NCBI GenBank assembly: GCA_951406725.2
Contig: OX597825.1
Span: 38,688,001-38,752,000, forward strand
Length of the DNA: 64,000 nt
Source: Octopus vulgaris
Lineage: Eukaryota
Reading direction: 5' to 3'
Made by a program: the position numbers and the translations under genes. The notes beneath the pieces were generated by a model. That model was not told the origin of the DNA. It searched no databases and saw nothing but the letters and a program-made list of their open reading frames with translations. Shown one piece after another: positions 1 to 13,622 of the stretch. Position 1 is the stretch's first letter; the number at the start of each line of letters is the position of its first letter.

Positions 1-172
1 AAATAGAAATACGTGACAAGGAATGAGTGACCTTCACATTGGGAAGTGATAATGCGATAAATTTTGTAAAGCATAAAAAATGGCTAAAAATCCTGTTCCG
101 TGGTAATTACTATATCTGTACCGAAAATCTACTATGGACTATGATAACGCTGAAATTCGTAATAATGTACAT

Positions 173-387
173 GAGCTGGCAGAGACGTTAGCACGCCGGG
201 CGAAATGCGTAGCCGTATTTCGTCTGCCGCTACGTTGTGAGTTCAAATTCCGCCGAGGTCGACTTTACCTTTCATCCTTTCGGGGTCGATTAAATAAGTA
301 CCAGTTACGCACTGGGGTCGATATAATCGACTTAATCCGTATGTTTGTCCTCTCTGTGTTTAGCCCCTTGTGGGTAGTAAAGAAATA
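173..387 (+). mobile_element. tRNA-derived SINE, family A (near full length)
   Basis: A-box-like GAGCTGGCAGAGACGTTAG, B-box-like GAGTTCAAATTCC and central GTCGACTTTACCTTTCATCCTTTCGGGGTCGAT; related copies at ~5930-6070(-), 23745-23910(-), 44370-44600(+), 57335-57630(+). Confidence 0.8.
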
Positions 388-888
388 TATAAATGTGCAC
401 CCATATCATATTATTCCTACGCACACACACGCACGCATATATATATATATAAATGTGTGTGAGGGGCTGTGAGTGTGTGACTCTCTGCTTCCGTATGTGG
501 ATGTTTGTGCGTGTACATATGTGAGTGTGAGTATGAATGTTGTGTTTGCGCGCGTCTGTGAGTGTACGTGTGTGTGCACGCGCTTGTGTGAGTGTAAAAA
601 CAGAAAAACCTCAAAGCTAGTTTGGGGTATTCTTCCCTTTAGCTATTTTCATGATTGCACATAATTTCGAACGACGTCCTGCTGAGACACCAATGACCGT
701 TGTAGGCAATGATGGCGCATCACACTTATTGAAAGCCTGCTACAATGTATTTCGAAATCTATGTATCTAAGTACAAAAATATGTACTTTTATTGTCATTT
801 CAGCAATTTTAAGCGGCAAAATATATAATCGATTTTGTATAAGGCAATGTACATAAATCATAGCGTTGATCGCACGCGCGCACACACA

Positions 889-932
<44 letters not shown>

Positions 933-967
933 AAACATGCACACACACACAAACATGCACACACACA

Positions 968-1060
968 GACGTGGCTGCGTGGTAAGAATCTTGCTTCCCA
1001 GCCACATGATTCCGGATTCAGTCCCACAGCGTGGCACCTTGGACAGGTGTCTTCAACCAT
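968..1060 (+). mobile_element. tRNA-derived SINE family B, 5' head only
   Basis: GTGGCTGCGTGGTAAG...GGATTCAGTCCCACAGCGTGGCACCTTGGACAGGTG matches the reverse complement of the head of the 39157-39556 copy. Confidence 0.75.
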
Positions 1061-1089
1061 ATATGTATAAGTATATGTATATAGCATTA

Positions 1090-1296
1090 TTAAATCTCTG
1101 AACGAGTGGTTAACGCCCGTTGACAAGAGGCAACAGCCTCGAAACTGCAGTCCGTGCGTATCACTTAGGCTTATGAGAAAGGGATGGCCTCCCTTTGCAA
1201 ATACCATAAGCTGGAGACGATGATCTCCTAGGGCTAAAAGCTACAGTAACACCCACCCTTTGGGGTTAGCCATATTGAGATGGCTATTATACTTTA

Positions 1297-1297
<1 letters not shown>
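1090..1297 (+). mobile_element. Penelope-like terminal-repeat (pLTR) remnant containing a hammerhead motif
   Basis: 1208-1297 is homologous to 21528-21595 and 55217-55304; 1091-1106 is the reverse complement of 21621-21636; a hammerhead motif lies between them. Confidence 0.55.
1113..1159 (+). ncRNA. Minimal type I hammerhead ribozyme motif with U3-A8 core variant
   Basis: ACGCCCG-UUGACAA-GAGGC aaca GCCUC-GAAAC ugca GUC-CGUGCGU: helix I (6 of 7 bp), 5-bp helix II, palindromic helix III ACTGCAGT, GUC cleavage triplet. Confidence 0.7.
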
Positions 1298-1340
<43 letters not shown>

Positions 1341-1348
1341 TATATGCG

Positions 1349-1507
1349 TCGAGCTTCTTTCAGTTTCCTTCTACCAAATCCACCCACAAATCTTTAGTCG
1401 GATAGAGGCTATAGTAGAAGACACTTGCCGAAGTAGCCATGCAGTGGAACTGAATCCGGAACCATATTGTTGGGAAGCAAGTTTCTTACCCCGCAGACAC
1501 TCCTACG
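1349..1507 (-). mobile_element. SINE family B, 5' half
   Basis: CTTCTTTCAGTTTCC...TAGTAGAAGACACTTGCC...GCAGTGGAACTGAATCCGGAACC matches 39400-39545. Confidence 0.75.
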
Positions 1508-1542
1508 CATACATATATACATATATATACACATACATATAC

Positions 1543-1606
<64 letters not shown>

Positions 1607-1639
1607 TATATATATCATATATACATATATATTATATAT

Positions 1640-1684
<45 letters not shown>

Positions 1685-2189
1685 TTGTAATTGTGGTTGG
1701 ATATAATTAAGCACATTAATTAAAAACGCTCGTATGTTCTACTCAACCCTCGTTTTCAAGTGTTTTTTTCTACCTACTTATATCAAATCTTTTGTTTGTG
1801 AAGAAGTATAACGCTAGAAATTACTTTCTATCAACATTTATAACGTCGGTGCATAAGTTAGGACGGATATACAGGAGACAAACAATGACATTAAATTCGA
1901 ACAGTTGTATTTTGAATATATGCATTCATGCGTTCACACGGAAGCGCATATATTCATATACATCTACATATTACCAAACGTATATATAGATATATATGTG
2001 TGTGTGTGTGAGGAGAAAAACAACTAGTTTTATTTCTCAGCGAGCAATGTCTAGTAACATTACCGTACAGTAAAATCTATTAGCCAACACAGTAATATAG
2101 AGACTCAGGCGTCAGTAGCTAGCTGGAAAACATGTATTTCCTGAGTCTAATATAGTAGTAGGACTGCCACATTGCGTTGGCAAATAGGC

Positions 2190-2412
2190 ATTATGTATGT
2201 GTGACCTTTCTGTTCGTCACTAGTCGCCATGATAGATCGTTAGCCACTACATTTTCTCTCTCCTTGTTTTTTCTGTGTCGCTTTCTGTAGAAGAGCGTAG
2301 GCTCGAAGTGGAAAAGACTTTTTCTATTCCTGAGCGTTATACTAATACATCTATTTGTTTTGTACACCACCTGTCTTCGTCTTTTGTTTTTTTCCTAAAC
2401 TCTCCCTATATT

Positions 2413-2416
<4 letters not shown>
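2190..2416 (+). mobile_element. Penelope-like terminal remnant with a degenerate hammerhead-like motif
   Basis: CTGTAGA-A-GAGC gtag GCTC-GAAG at 2285-2308, followed by a T-rich tail ending in (TA)n; same layout as 13661-13790. Confidence 0.4.
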
Positions 2417-2450
<34 letters not shown>

Positions 2451-2480
2451 AAAGCATCTCGAAATCTTCCTACGTTAGAA

Positions 2481-2612
2481 ATGCTTAAAAAACCAAGACG
2501 ATGTCAAACACTCATTCGACGACTTCATCGCCACCATATCGCAGGATTTTTACGCTACTGGCATAAATAAACTTGTTTCGCGTTGGCAAAAGTGTGTTGA
2601 TTCTGATGATGT
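2481..2612 (+). mobile_element. mariner transposase C-terminal fragment
   Basis: From ~2545 it translates as DFYATGINKLVSRWQKCVDSD, the typical mariner C-terminus (F...GI.KL..RW.KC). Confidence 0.75.
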
Positions 2613-2820
2613 TTTTTGTCTTAAATTACTTATAAATATCTTCCGCACTGCAATTGTGTATATATATATATATATATATATTAAGAAGAAATACATATAA
2701 TCATTTTTTGAGTTCTATTTTTCCTGTTTGCAACAACATACCTATATCTGTCTGCCTGTCTATCTGTCTGTTTGTGTGACTCTCTCCCCCCTCTCTCTTT
2801 CTCTTTATATGTATATATGT

Positions 2821-3190
2821 ACGACTGGCTTCATTCAGTTTCTGTTCACCAAATCAAATCAAATCACAAGTCTCCGGTGGGCCCAAGGTTATAGTACAAG
2901 ACAGTAGCCCAATATACGACGCAGTGGGACTGAACCTGGAACCATGTGGTTGGGAAGGAAGCTCCTTACCACACAGCCACATTATGTATGTATATATATA
3001 TATATATATAGACATATGTTTTACTTGTTTTTTTCATGCGAATGCGACCATCCTGAAGCACGGTCTTGAAATAATTTTAGACGGCCACAATAATTATAAC
3101 TATAGAACTCTTTTGCCGAACGACTATAGACCAGAGAGTTAACCACATCAAGACTGGTTGGTTGCAGCGATCAGGGACAAAACACAAACA
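2821..3190 (-). mobile_element. SINE family B fragments (head 2821-2980; tail piece 3019-3190)
   Basis: GCAGTGGGACTGAACCTGGAACCATGTGGTTGG...TTACCACACAGCCAC and TTTTGCCGAACG match 39157-39556. Confidence 0.7.
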
Positions 3191-3528
3191 CATTGACACG
3201 CATACACAGACACGCATATATCTATATCTATACGTCAATATATATATGTATTTATGTATGTATATATATGCATGTGTTTATGTATGAGTATTTGTATGGG
3301 TATAAAGATACAGATCCTGTAAATGTCACTGAAACACGATTGATCGGTTGAAGTGGTTATAAATATAGAATTTCAAACTATTTTCTCAAGTTTTATACCT
3401 CTTCATGACATTTAAACGAAGCAGAAAATACTCGACAAAACCGTTTTGGAAAATGAAACTCATAGAGATCTTCAGCGGAAAAAATATATATGCTATGCAT
3501 TTTTTAAAGTATAATTTAAAATATAAAT

Positions 3529-3568
<40 letters not shown>

Positions 3569-4299
3569 TTATAATTTGTACTGTCGTTACTGTCCTGTTT
3601 TTGTTACCATTTTTTACCCCTCTGCGAAAAGATCTGAAAATTTTAATTGATTTGCTTTTCGCAGGAAGGAAAGTTTCTTGTCGAAGATACGTCTCGCTTT
3701 CACTTTCGAAACGTAGAGTAGATGAAACCATAGCGACTGAAGAAGGGGTTTTTTCTTTGTATTAATTGTCCTGTACTCTATTTTTTTGTTGTTTAAAAAA
3801 ATGTCCAGTACCTTGGGTTTGTGTGTATGTTTTCGTTTCTCATTGTGTTCGACGTTTTTTTGGTGTCCTGTACTCATATATGCGTGTATATGTACATGTA
3901 GAGTTAGGTACGTACATATATGTTTATATATATGCATATGTTTTATTTATTAATATATTATATATATATATATATATATATACAAATAAATGCCAACCAA
4001 GTGTGGCGTCCCATACGAGACAGTGTTACTGACATTTGTAGCACGAGGAAGACATTTCCTCCTGCAGGCTAACGAACACATTTTCTGTCCGATTAGTACT
4101 TGCAAGGGTCATCGCACTCATCCCTAGCTTTACGTGGTAACCCGTCCTCGGCGTGCATTAATCATCATCTAGTAATATGTTACTCCACTCGCCAAGTACT
4201 ATATGATTTTTCCAGCGACAAACAACAGAGATTAAATATAGTTTATTTCTCCTTTTTCCAGATAAGCGACGTTTTGTATATATTTATGTACACACACAC

Positions 4300-4379
<80 letters not shown>

Positions 4380-4399
4380 ACACACACACACACACACAC

Positions 4400-4492
<93 letters not shown>

Positions 4493-4504
4493 AGAGAGAG
4501 AGAG

Positions 4505-4806
4505 AAGTTTTCTACTATAATCATTGGGGCGAACCAACCGTTGAGGGTAGATTTGGCAGACAGAAACTGAACGAAGCCTGTCAAATATATATTTATGCGT
4601 ATATTTGTGTGTTTTTGTTTCTTCCTCTACCATCGCTTCACAACCGATGATGGTACTTTTACGTCTCCGTAAACTAACGGTTCAGCAAAAGACACCGCTA
4701 AAAAAAGTACCAGTGTTACAAAGAATAAGTCCATGGGTCGATTTCTTCTACTAAAATGCGACGCTCCAGCATAGCCACAATCAACATGACTGAAACAAGT
4801 AAAAGA
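4505..4806 (+). mobile_element. SINE family B, 5'-truncated
   Basis: GATTTGGCAGACAGAAACTGA...ACGGTTCAGCAAAAGA...GCTCCAGCATAGCCAC...TGACTGAAACAAGTAAAAGA. Confidence 0.75.
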
Positions 4807-4865
<59 letters not shown>

Positions 4866-5533
4866 CATGTATGTATGTATGTATGTATGTATGTATGTAC
4901 GTATGATAAATATAAAATACAAACGTATATGGAGGCCCGCTTATTGAGGAATCTAACATGTGAGTGAAGTTGATCTTCATGCTATATGTTGCCCTTTACT
5001 CTTACGAGATTCTCAAAACTAGTAAGCTGTAATTACACTGAAGTCAGCCTGGCTGGGAGAGATGACTTACGCTAGTCTGTTAGATTACTTTAGGACGAGT
5101 AATCTTGACAAATTTGACAAGATGCCAGGCAAAGAATAAAGATCAAGAAATATTGAAATAGAAGTAGAAATCGGCAAAAAGTAAAAGAAAAATTTTAAAG
5201 AACCTATTTGTAACCATACATTTATTAATTTTTCCTTATTTATTTATCCTTTTTATTTTTGCCCTTATTTGTCTAATCATCACCTAGGCTATTTTACTTT
5301 CCGTCTTCCATACTTTATTGATTTATATATTTCTTTCAGTGTGTAAGCTAAGATCAAAGTGTCGTATCTGTTCTTAACAGCTTAATACTTTATAGAAACC
5401 CTCTATGGGAACATCGATAATAAACTGGTGCATTCAAAATTGTTCAAAGATTTCGGAATCGACACTGTCTCTTGCAAAACGTTAACCTGTTTATGTATGA
5501 ATTCCATGTTTAGCCTTTCTCCCACTTAGAAGC

Positions 5534-5606
<73 letters not shown>

Positions 5607-5728
5607 CAGAAAAAGCAAAAGAGGGTGATTCCTACCAAGCTCAGATACCAGGGGACCCAAAAATGGCAGAAATTCAAAAGTTAGTGCGCATGGGAATTGC
5701 CCATATCCTACGTAAAATTCTGTCTATG
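5607..5728 (+). mobile_element. R4/Dong-like non-LTR retrotransposon C-terminal fragment next to (TAA)n
   Basis: Translates AQIPGDPKMAEIQKLVRMGIAHILRKILSM, similar to the IQK.VLLGTAHILRKVL C-terminus of RLE-type elements; abuts (TAA)n at 5534-5606. Confidence 0.6.
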
Positions 5729-6071
5729 CTATCGCTATTAACTTCTACAGGAACTCCGACACTGGAACTCTCGCTATAGCTACAGATTTTATCGCTTACT
5801 CCGTTCCTGTAGTTGTTGGTTCTGCTGACACTGCTAATTTATTTCTAATTTCGAAGTCGTTACTACAGTTAACAATAATAATAGTAACAACAAGAACAAC
5901 TATAATACTACAACTAATTATAATTATACGGCTTCAAATTTTGTCACATACAAACCAATTTTAAGGGAGGGATTAATCCTGTACATGGATTTCAGTGTTC
6001 AACTGGTATGTATTTCATCGATCGCTAAGCGAAAAAATGTAAGGTCAAATTCAACATAACTTGAACTCATA

Positions 6072-6139
<68 letters not shown>

Positions 6140-6689
6140 TTTTGTTTTTCTTAAACTATGGCAAGTTAGACATAACCATAAATGAAATGCTTTGCTTCAT
6201 TTCGTAATTCCTTACTATGATTATATTCCCATACCGCGGAATCGATATTTTACATCTTTACTTATTGTTAGATTTGCCAACAAGTGAAAAACTGTTGAAC
6301 CTAGTATTATTTCGTTATTTTATTGAATTTTATACACGGTTTGACCATACTGCAGCACAAACAAGGACTTTTAGACTTGCGTAACTATCCAGTAAGTAGC
6401 CTGGAATATATTTTATTGATATTCATTTTCAGAATGGTGAATTCCTGTTGTCAATGAAAGGGTATCACGAAATATAAAAATAACATTACACCCCACACCT
6501 CTATATTTATGCGCGTGTAGGGCCAAACGCTCAGAATTATCTTTGGAGACATTTGTGTTAGCGGGCAATCAATAAGACCGAATCCAAAACTATCAAGAAT
6601 TTAACTGTGGCAAACAGTTTTATTGATCTAGGATTAAGACTATTATGAATTCTTAGTAATTGAGACTCACAGATACAATAGTTCATAAA

Positions 6690-6915
6690 ATAATGTATTG
6701 TTGGAACCCGGCCCGCTGCAAGAAATTTCACCCACCACACCAGCCGGTCCAACATCACGCCTTAAGGTCCTGGATACATTCCAAGCCAGTGTCTGCAATC
6801 AAGTTGTCGATGTAGGTGTGACGACGTTTTTCTCTTCTTGCATCATTATGAAGTGGGTTCCACACGTTCAGGTTGGTCTGCACAGTGACCAAAGAGTCAC
6901 AGCCGTAATCGCCTG
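6690..6915 (-). mobile_element. RTE-clade LINE 3' end fragment
   Basis: VWNPLHNDARREKRRHTYIDNLIADTGLE resembles the RTE ORF C-terminus (LW.P.HG..RRGR...TYID.L..DTG). Confidence 0.65.
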
Positions 6916-7846
6916 ATCTCGCTAAATTAGGTGTATGAGTAAAATATACTATATTTCTACACGTGAAGTAGAATATAACAATACTGATTCTCGAGAATTT
7001 GACATAATGAATTGTTATGAAATGGGAGGCTACAAAATTTAGCATTTCATCGAGAATGTCCTTGGCCATTCTACGAGACGCAAGTATGATTGAATTGGAA
7101 TTAAGATCAATCCACCGGAACTCTCTTTTTGCATGTCTCAGAGTAATTTGATAGCAATACAACTAATTATTTTCATTTTACATTTCTATACATAAAAGCA
7201 CTCATGCCCACACTAACACATACACACTAACCTACATACATACACACAAACCTACATACATACACACACACAAACACATACACAAATATGGGTGCGATCA
7301 TATATATAGAGAGATAGATTACACACACATATATATATATATGCAACATATAAAATATGCTACACACACACACATATATATATGTATGTATACACAAGCG
7401 TATATATGCTTGCATATATATTAATGTGCGTATATAGATGATTGTGTGCGTTTGTGCGTGTCTGCGCGCTTGTGTGTTAAATATTTATTTTATGAAATTG
7501 ACTCTAATGGAAACCTGTCAGTTTCATTCCAGAGAGGAAATTTTCAGATTTTAATATAACAGTCAGCTCTGGGTTACAGACATAAATTTTGTATGTATCT
7601 GAGAAAGATAACTAGTTAGCTAGCTAGGTAGATATGTAGAGATGTGTGCCTGTGAGTGTGTCTGTTAACACGTGGAGTGGAATAGCAAAAAGGTTTTGCA
7701 AGTTTTACTAAAAGTCTAGTGTTAATACTAAGCGCGTTTGTTGTGTGATTTTAGTAACAATAATAAGGTTAATGAATATGACTGTGCGTATTAAAGAGTA
7801 TGCGTATACATACAAAAATACATACGTGCATACATGTATATATATG

Positions 7847-7878
<32 letters not shown>

Positions 7879-7895
7879 CACATACATACATGTAA

Positions 7896-7928
<33 letters not shown>

Positions 7929-8000
7929 GTGTGTACATACTTGCATACATATGTTTGTATTACCAGTCTGTAGCTAGAAAAACGTGGAGTATAGATATAT

Positions 8001-8155
8001 TCAATGTGTTGGATCGATGATCAAAAGAAAGTGGCTTCCATTCCAGGACAGGGTGAAGTGCTGTGTACTTGAACAAATCCCTTTATTTCATTTGCGCCAA
8101 TCTGTTCAGCTTGCAAACGAATAATTCTGGTACGGACAGTGTACCGTCCAGGGAA
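8001..8155 (+). mobile_element. Degenerate CORE-like SINE
   Basis: GCTGTGTACTTGAACAAATCCCTTTATTTC resembles the CORE motif; similar to the reverse of 29770-29880. Confidence 0.4.
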
Positions 8156-8291
8156 GGAAATATAGAAATAGGCTTATAAAACACATGTCCGGGCAGCACG
8201 TCGGATGTTCTCTATTTTTTTCTTAGTTTTAGTTAGGTTGTAAATACCGAAGACCTCGTCACAATTTTCATGTACTTGATTTACCTTATAT

Positions 8292-8388
<97 letters not shown>

Positions 8389-9044
8389 CATTACCGATTG
8401 AGAGGCTCGTCAAATGGCATTTATTGAACTGACGGTACCAATTTGGAAGTAAGTCGTTAGACGACCAACTTATTACACTTAGAGAACTATGCCAGCGGTC
8501 ATTACAGTTTATGGCTGAATATTTTCAAGCAATGAATACAAAGTAATTTTGTTAGCGATACATCTGCATATTTAAATTACATTACTTTGTATTGCAACAT
8601 GGCATGTAGCAACACATTACCTTTGTTAAATTATTGTAGTATACTAAAGCATTGATGTTCAAAGTCCTTTAATTCAATTACATGTTATATAATAATGAGA
8701 TGCAAGATAATTAATCAGATCTTTCATCTTCCAATGACCGCGAAAATCTATTAAGTATATTTAATTTTAGCATAGTATTAAAATTGTGTTATGGTAAGCT
8801 TTCTCATTGCCTGCCATACACTGTAATGGGAATCGTTGTATTTTGCATTTGAATTAGACTAATACGTGTAACATGGTTTTCACACGCGCACGCACATGCA
8901 CCCACACATGCACTCACACACGCACGTACACATTCATGGAAATACACGCACGCACATACGCACAACACACACACACACACACACACAAGCACGCCATTAT
9001 TACAATGATGTATACAATGACAAAGAGTCTTTTCAACTGACGTT

Positions 9045-10052
9045 ACAAATTGGATTCGCTCTGAGTATTAAATAATCTGTTACTAGATAACACTTGGTAG
9101 ATAAGACTTGCAAAAGTGGGCAGCTGAACATAGGAGGGAAGGGACAGCCTTGAATATAACACAAGGCTGGACATCCTGCAACGCCCGAGAAAAACACTAA
9201 TCGTGTTCATCACATGATAATGGAAGATGGGCGATTGATTATAAATCAAAAACGAAATGCTATATGCATACCTCGAGTAAGTTGAGAATTTTCTGTACCA
9301 TGAACTTAGCACGATAAATGTCTCTGTTCTTTGGATGCCAAGTCTTTTCACATCTGAACAAAAGCGCACCAGGCAGATCACAACACGGGAAATCTAAGAG
9401 ATTTCAGCCACATGCAGCTGGTTTCCTTGAACGTTCCCACAGCCGGAGAAGTGCTGTGTTCATTATTTTAAACCAGAGACAAAGAGACAATTTATGCGGT
9501 GGAAACAATCCTCCTCGTCCACTCTAAAGAGGCCAAGAGTGTTTCATTTGTAGGGACGTTGAAGGTCGCAGTTTTGGGGATTCAAAAGGCATTGTGTTTA
9601 TTCGTATTATCACAAGACAGACATCATCAATGGCGAGGAATATGCCAACCTTCTCAGATAATTTCGAAAGTCTTTCAAAACCATCAACCAGGGTAAGTAG
9701 AGAAACAGGTCTTGTTTAATCAAGACAATTGTCCAGAATACAATTTCTTCCTTCCATTGGGTGCTTGAGTGGCTGTGTCTTTGAACTTTAAGATCAGTCC
9801 CCCTATTCCTGATTTGGCTCTATCTGACTGTCATATTCCCTAGCATGAAAAAAAAACACTAGGCTGGAAATCAGTAGGACAATGGAGATGACGTCATATC
9901 TGCTGTTGATGACTTTTTTGGCCAAAAATTTGATAGCACTGCGACACGATGGAATAAGTATGTGGACTGCAAGCGTGATTATATGGAATATAAACCTCAC
10001 ATGATCAATTTCCATGAGAATATCTTAGTCGGTATATGAAGTTTTCAGTCGA

Positions 10053-10058
<6 letters not shown>
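9045..10058 (+). mobile_element. Decayed mariner (DD34D) transposon
   Basis: Frameshifted motifs: WMPSLFTSEQKRTR (WVPRLLT), VHYFKPETKRQ, a degenerate KVM..VFW segment, and PDLALSD (YSPDLAPSD) near 9805. Confidence 0.85.
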
Positions 10059-10118
<60 letters not shown>

Positions 10119-10403
10119 TCCTTAATACAAGAAACGTAATCCAATGTTTTGCATTATAGTTCAGTATTATGTAACATAAACAATATCTAAACAAACAATC
10201 GGAATATATATTAATATATATTAATATATCTACTACAGTTTTCCATGATCTCTTATATTCATATACAATAACGCTGATTCAAAGACGTCCGTGAGCAAAC
10301 ATATATACCCATCACTGATATCACACGATTATATATAAATGCAAAGATAAAATCAAGCACACATACAAACTCAAGCAAATATGTGTATATGTGTGCATGT
10401 ATA

Positions 10404-10541
<138 letters not shown>

Positions 10542-10554
10542 AATATATATATAT

Positions 10555-10728
10555 TTAGGAGATGAGGATATTATGTACATTATTTATATTATTTAAATTT
10601 GACGGTTATCTGTTCTTATCTTGTTTGTTGTTAACACAACGTTTCGGGTGATATACGTTTCAGATTTCATCAGGTGTGTTGGGGGATTTCGAACCTGGGT
10701 TCTCATTTCTAAAGTATTTTCTATGCTA
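10555..10728 (-). mobile_element. Penelope-like pLTR fragment with hammerhead motif (10633-10678)
   Basis: Minus strand reads CACAC-CUGAUGA-...-GAAAC-GUU-GUGUU; homologous to 60555-60733. Confidence 0.65.
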
Positions 10729-10869
10729 TGCTACTCATATCTGCACTTGGTCTGCTTAGGAGGTTGTTGTGTCCTAGCATATGTGCTGTTTATTTTTGTT
10801 TTTGTATTTTCTAGTGGTGTTCTCTGTCTATTATTTTAACTTCAGAAATCTGAATTGTAAAGCTGTGCA

Positions 10870-11215
10870 ATAGAACAAGACTAAATATCAGGCAAGAGCA
10901 TACGCAACTTTTGGAAGAAATAAAGCTCCCTAAACAAAGAAAGGGAGAAAATGTGTTTATTCCAAGAATTCCACCGATTTCAGCAGACATGAACTTTGAA
11001 TTTAAGAGACCACAATTTCCAGTAAGAATTAGTTTTTCAATGTCAACTAAGAAGATTTCAAGACAATCACTGAAAATTGTTAAACTTCACTTTATCGCTT
11101 TTCCAATGGTCTCCTCTATGTTGGTTGTTCCAGAGTTGGAAATGTCAAAAGTCTCTGCATACTCACACCAAATGTTAAAATCAGGTACGTTCTTTATCCT
11201 GCTACATTACAGTGA
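10870..11215 (+). mobile_element. Helitron Pif1-type helicase C-terminal fragment
   Basis: GENVFIPRIPPISADMNFEFKRPQFPVRISFSMSTKKISRQSL matches Helitron GE.VFIPRI......F.FKRLQFP.RL.FAMTINKSQGQSL. Confidence 0.85.
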
Positions 11216-11313
11216 TCTCCAGTCGTCACAAAGATATAAAATTCTCAAAATATGATACTCTGTGATATAAATCTTAGATGCTAGGGTAACAATACACGTT
11301 TTATTATTATTGA

Positions 11314-12550
11314 CCACTGTAATTGGTGGACGCAGGACAATTTAGCTTTCTGCAGGGATCAGCTAAAAGTCTGCACGGAGTTCGGCTTTTAAATTAGAAT
11401 ATATATATTTATGTTATGTCATCTAGTGATAGGAAGATGGGTATAGTCAATTTAGGGTTTGAGAGTATGGTCCACATTACGGAGATGAATGTTTATATTA
11501 ATAGGTATGATAGCGGCTTGTATTAAAGATAGTAAATCTCGAAGTAGTGAACAATATACTGTGTTAGTTTCCGTTATTTTCCCGACCAACAAGTTACTGA
11601 ATTACTGTGTGTAATAGGGTGGGAGTCATGGTCAGTCCCGTAACTTAATTGGTTAGCTATGTTTTTGAAAGACCATGACGATCTTACGGTGGTTAATCGT
11701 TTAAAGATAACATAAAAAATGGATTTAAAAAAGATATTTAAATGCATAAAAACTAATAGACCATGGTCAACTATGGGCATGTAGAAGAGTAAAATAAAAT
11801 TAGCATTGAAACTAGATTAAATTAGATTGAATTAAATTAAATTAAATTAAATTAAGATGAGTAAAATGTAGATAAATAAGTACGTTAGTGAGTAAGATAA
11901 CGAGAGTGATATGACTAAAATGATCCGATCTTAATAGACTGCATACGAAGAATATATTATTACAAAGGTATGAAAACGCATACAATAAATGTAAAACACA
12001 TATCAATCTAATTAGGGAAATCAATTGTATTTTGTTAACCATAATATAGGAGCAAAACAGGGAATTCATGTATGTTGGAATATAAAAGGAAGAATTTATA
12101 ACAAGGGAAAACAAGCGAAATGGGCCGGATAAATTATTTCTTTTTCTAAATTATCATTATTCATCGGTAAAACTATATTGATAAAACATAGAATATTGGA
12201 TATAAAGCATTAAATGCATGTCACTATGTAATAGTGTTGAATGATTTAATTAAACAACCAATTAATTATTCAATTAAATACTTTATTCACTTATTTTTCT
12301 ATTCTGTTATTTAAATTCAGTGTTTCATTTAAGATGGTGGGGGTATTAACTTGAAGTAGAATGATTATATTAATATATAAATATATACATATTTATTTAA
12401 CTGTAAAATTCTGCGTAACTAAAGGGGAGAAACTCTAGCATATCTGGTTAATAAATTAAATAATTAAAGAAATAATTAATTAATCAATTAATTATTCAAT
12501 TACTTAATTGGTTCTCTATTGGGGTTGTACATAAATGTTTGTATATATTT

Positions 12551-12629
<79 letters not shown>

Positions 12630-13431
12630 TTATATATATATAAATTCATGATCAATATTAATGGCTAGTAATTTATATTGTTTTTACTCTGTATATATAT
12701 AGTGAGAAATTTAAATATTTAGTGTTAAAAAAGATGAGCTAGTCTATGTGTATTTATTAAAGGTAAATAAATGGAGGGGTTACTAAAACTAGCGTATACG
12801 CCATGTTTGTGTATAGCATTCTTAGTATGTGTATGAGGCAATATACCATTTTTATACCATAATGGTGGACTGTTTGCATTCATATCTGTTCATACTCATG
12901 CTCCAAATACTATAAATTTAAATATAAATATGAATATATGTAAATATTTATATATGATTCATAAATACATCTACAGATCCCTAAATGCACCAATACTAAT
13001 ACTAATCAGATATAAATTCACGCCACATCTTATGTGTGTACACCAATATAGATGCAAAATCATACTGGACTTTACATACACTCTAAACTCCCTACATATG
13101 AATACATACAAATATAAATATATGAATATATAAACAGAGCTACAGATCCCCAAATGCTCTAATAATACTAATCAGATATATACAAACCAAGATCACTGCG
13201 TGTACTCCAATATATACATACAAAACAACCTACTCTAATTCCTTATCCTGAACTCCATATATGTATACATGTGTATATTCATTTTCAAAATATCAGTGAA
13301 AACATCTCAAAAGAATCTATGGAATTCTACATAGCTTTTGATATTTACACATATAAGTATGAGCATATATGCATACATACATATGTCCTAACCCATGACA
13401 ACACATACATGTCCGGATTACCACATATAAT

Positions 13432-13469
<38 letters not shown>

Positions 13470-13622
13470 CGCACACATAACGTATATATAAACACAGCCA
13501 TACAAAGATTAACTCGAAAATATGTGTACATATATACTCTAGATTAGAACCCGGATTACGTGCAGATTTTTAGCTGATCCTTGCAGAGGGCTAAAAGGTT
13601 CTGCGTCCAGCAAGTATAGTGG
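11314..13622. repeat. Diverged ~90-bp inverted repeats (11314-11406 / 13530-13622) bracketing 2.1 kb
   Basis: TGGACGCAG...CTGCAGGGATCAGCTAAAAGTCTGCACG versus CGTGCAGATTTTTAGCTGATCCTTGCAG...CTGCGTCCA. Confidence 0.75.
12971..13270 (+). repeat. Diverged tandem duplication, period ~169 bp
   Basis: CTACAGATCCC.AAATGC...TAATACTAATCAGATATA occurs at 12971 and 13140. Confidence 0.65.

Noticed and set aside
2076-2188. Weak inverted repeat (AGACTCAGG/CCTGAGTCT, GCCAAC/GTTGGC)
   Set aside because: Too short and gapped to distinguish from chance, though it may be an old pLTR inversion.
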